Shown one piece after another: positions 62,116 to 64,000 of a DNA stretch of 64,000 nt; the stretch's first letter is position 1, and every line of letters begins with the position of its first letter. This DNA comes from Vulcanimicrobiota bacterium. GTDB lineage: Bacteria; Vulcanimicrobiota; Vulcanimicrobiia; Eremiobacterales; Eremiobacteraceae. The notes under the pieces are model-generated. The model saw nothing but the letters and a program-made list of their open reading frames with translations. It was not told the origin of the DNA and made no database searches. The stretch lies in assembly GCA_963805945.1 (NCBI GenBank), contig CAWDVP010000006.1, forward strand, positions 256,001 to 320,000, read 5' to 3'. The translations under genes and the position numbers were made by a program.

Positions 62116-62412
62116 CTAGCCGCCCGACATCGCTCCCACCACGAGAAACGGCTCGGTGCCGGCTGCGACCGCGTCCGGCAGCGGAGCATCGGCCGATTCG
62201 TGCGACAGGTCTTCTTCGCAGGCGAAGAACCGCACGAATGCTCGGCGCTGCTGCGTGACATGGTCGCGGATCGTGCCGCGCAGCGTCGGATAGCGAGCCT
62301 CGAGCGCGTCGAGCACCGACCGCTGCGTCACCTGGCCCTTGACGTCGAGCTTCACCTCGCCGTCGACATGCGCCAGCACCCGCAGATGCGCGGGCAGGAC
62401 GACGCGGATCAT
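62116..62412 (-). CDS. MoaD/ThiS-family ubiquitin-like protein
   Basis: [11 protein letters not shown]...VVGAMSGG with C-terminal diglycine; ATGA overlap. Confidence 0.9.
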   Translation of the reverse strand: MIRVVLPAHLRVLAHVDGEVKLDVKGQVTQRSVLDALEARYPTLRGTIRDHVTQQRRAFVRFFACEEDLSHESADAPLPDAVAAGTEPFLVVGAMSGG

Positions 62413-63524
62413 GCCAGCGTCTGGACCTCGACCGAGAGCACCGCCGGAAGATCGCGCACGATAGGAGCCCAGTTGTCGCCCGCGTCCGCCGACGCGTACA
62501 CCTGACCGCCCGTCGTGCCGAAATACACGCCGCACGAATCGAGCGAGTCGACGGCCATCGCGTCGCGCAGCACGTTGACGTAGCAGTCGCTCTGCGGCAA
62601 GCCCTTGGTGAGCGCTTCCCATTCATCGCCGCCGCTGCGGCTGCGGTAGACGCGCAGCTTCCCATCGGGCGGGTAATGCTCCGAGTCGCTCTTGATGGGC
62701 ACGACGTAGACGGTATTCGGCTCGTGCGCATGCACGTCGATCGGGAAGCCGAAATCGGTCGGCAGGTTGCCGCTGACCTCGTGCCACGATTCGCCGGCGT
62801 TGTCGCTGCGCATGACGTCCCAGTGCTTCTGCATGTAGAGCACCTCCGGGCGCGACGGGTGCATCGCGAGCCGGTGGACGCAGTGGCCGACCTCGGCGTC
62901 CTGGTCGGGGATCTGTTCTGAGCGCAGACCCTTGTTGATGGGCCGCCATGTGGCGCCGGCATCGTCGCTGCGGAACGCGCCCGCTGCGGAGATGGCGACG
63001 AACATGCGCCCCGGATTCTTCGGATCGAGCAAGATCGTGTGCAGGCACATCCCGCCCGCGCCGGGCTGCCACGCGCTTCCGGTGCTATGGGTGCGCAGTC
63101 CGGGCAGCTCCTGCCAGCTCTTGCCGGCGTCGGTGGAGCGGAAGAGCGCTGCGTCTTCGACACCGGCGTAGACAGTGTCCGGATCGGTCAGCGACGGTTC
63201 GAGGTGCCAAACGCGCTTGAATTCCCACGGGTGCGGCGTGCCGTCGTACCACTGGTGGGTGCCGGTGGCGCCGTCGTAGGTGAACTGGTTGCCGACCTGC
63301 TCCCACGTCTTGCCGCCGTCGTCGGAACGCTGGATCACCTGGCCGAACCAGCCGCTGGTCTGCGACGCATAGAGCCGATTCGGGTCGGCGGGCGATCCCT
63401 TGACGTGGTAGATCTCCCAGCCGCCGAAATGCGGACCGTTGACATCCCAGCGTTGGCGCTTCCCATCAGACGTCAGCACGAACGCGCCTTTGCGCGTGCC
63501 GACCAGGACTCGAACTCCGCTCAT
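62409..63524 (-). CDS. BNR/Asp-box beta-propeller protein (sialidase-like)
   Basis: Repeated RSxDxGxxW boxes; VGTRKG N-terminus. Confidence 0.9.
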   Translation of the reverse strand: MSGVRVLVGTRKGAFVLTSDGKRQRWDVNGPHFGGWEIYHVKGSPADPNRLYASQTSGWFGQVIQRSDDGGKTWEQVGNQFTYDGATGTHQWYDGTPHPWEFKRVWHLEPSLTDPDTVYAGVEDAALFRSTDAGKSWQELPGLRTHSTGSAWQPGAGGMCLHTILLDPKNPGRMFVAISAAGAFRSDDAGATWRPINKGLRSEQIPDQDAEVGHCVHRLAMHPSRPEVLYMQKHWDVMRSDNAGESWHEVSGNLPTDFGFPIDVHAHEPNTVYVVPIKSDSEHYPPDGKLRVYRSRSGGDEWEALTKGLPQSDCYVNVLRDAMAVDSLDSCGVYFGTTGGQVYASADAGDNWAPIVRDLPAVLSVEVQTLA

Positions 63525-63579
63525 TGCTTACCCCTTCAAGTTGTTGAGTCGGGACTTTGCAATCAGTGCGTCGCCTCCT

Positions 63580-64000
63580 CTACACCGGAGGGAGGAGTTC
63601 GCGCAGCCGATGCTTTTCGATCTTGCCGAGCGCATTGCGGGGCAGCGCCTCGATGACGATGATCCGCTTCGGCACCTTGAAACTCGCCACGCGGCCGCGG
63701 AGATGTTCGAGCAGCGCCGCCGGGTCGAAGCCCTCGCCCGCCTCGACGAAGGCGATCGGCAGCTCGCCGCGCGCCCGATCGGGCAGGCCGACGACCGCGC
63801 TCGCCTTCACGGCCCGGAATCGATCGATCTCGATCTCGATCTCGCGCGGGTATATATTGAAGCCTCCGCTGATGATCAGTTCCTTCAGACGCCCGACGAT
63901 CCTATAGACGCGCCGCTCGCGGTCGTACGTGGCGAGGTCGCCGCTGCGATACCAGCGCATCCCTTCTTCATCCGTCAGGAACGCGGCCGCCGTGGCATCC
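63580..64000 (-). CDS. AMP-binding acyl-CoA synthetase, C-terminal part (truncated by the window)
   Basis: WYRSGDL, GRLKELIISGGFNIYPREIE, LPRNALGK. Confidence 0.92.
   Translation of the reverse strand, partial: DATAAAFLTDEEGMRWYRSGDLATYDRERRVYRIVGRLKELIISGGFNIYPREIEIEIDRFRAVKASAVVGLPDRARGELPIAFVEAGEGFDPAALLEHLRGRVASFKVPKRIIVIEALPRNALGKIEKHRLRELLPPV

Overview
High-GC bacterial chromosomal window, densely coding. Gene content and a Gram-positive-type LexA box suggest a Terrabacteria soil lineage (inference only). It carries panB, a lipoyl-E2-E1 2-oxoglutarate dehydrogenase fusion plus lpdA, clpB, an RND pump, three pilin-like genes, a LexA-boxed imuA-imuB-dnaE2 cassette, a YitJ-like methionine enzyme, rnhA, ada, a PHA cluster (phaB-phaB-phaC-XRE regulator-phasin-like gene) and a Fic/nuclease/helicase operon. 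No rRNA, tRNA, CRISPR array, transposase or integrase was recognised. The most striking signal is about 15 copies of three related REP-like palindrome families (GTAG/GTGG/GGAG tetramer plus hairpin); 13 lie inside 10 protein-coding genes and are translated in different frames, five of the hosts being DNA-repair genes. Other highlights: a UPF0158-Fic fusion lacking both its catalytic His and its inhibitory Glu, an Rv0474/MLDSR-like regulator in the PHA cluster with a candidate operator, and a protein with an internal prepilin site. About 15 frameshifts, all +1, are most likely long-read errors, so the split genes are annotated as single CDSs. All family assignments come from motif recognition by eye; no searches were run.
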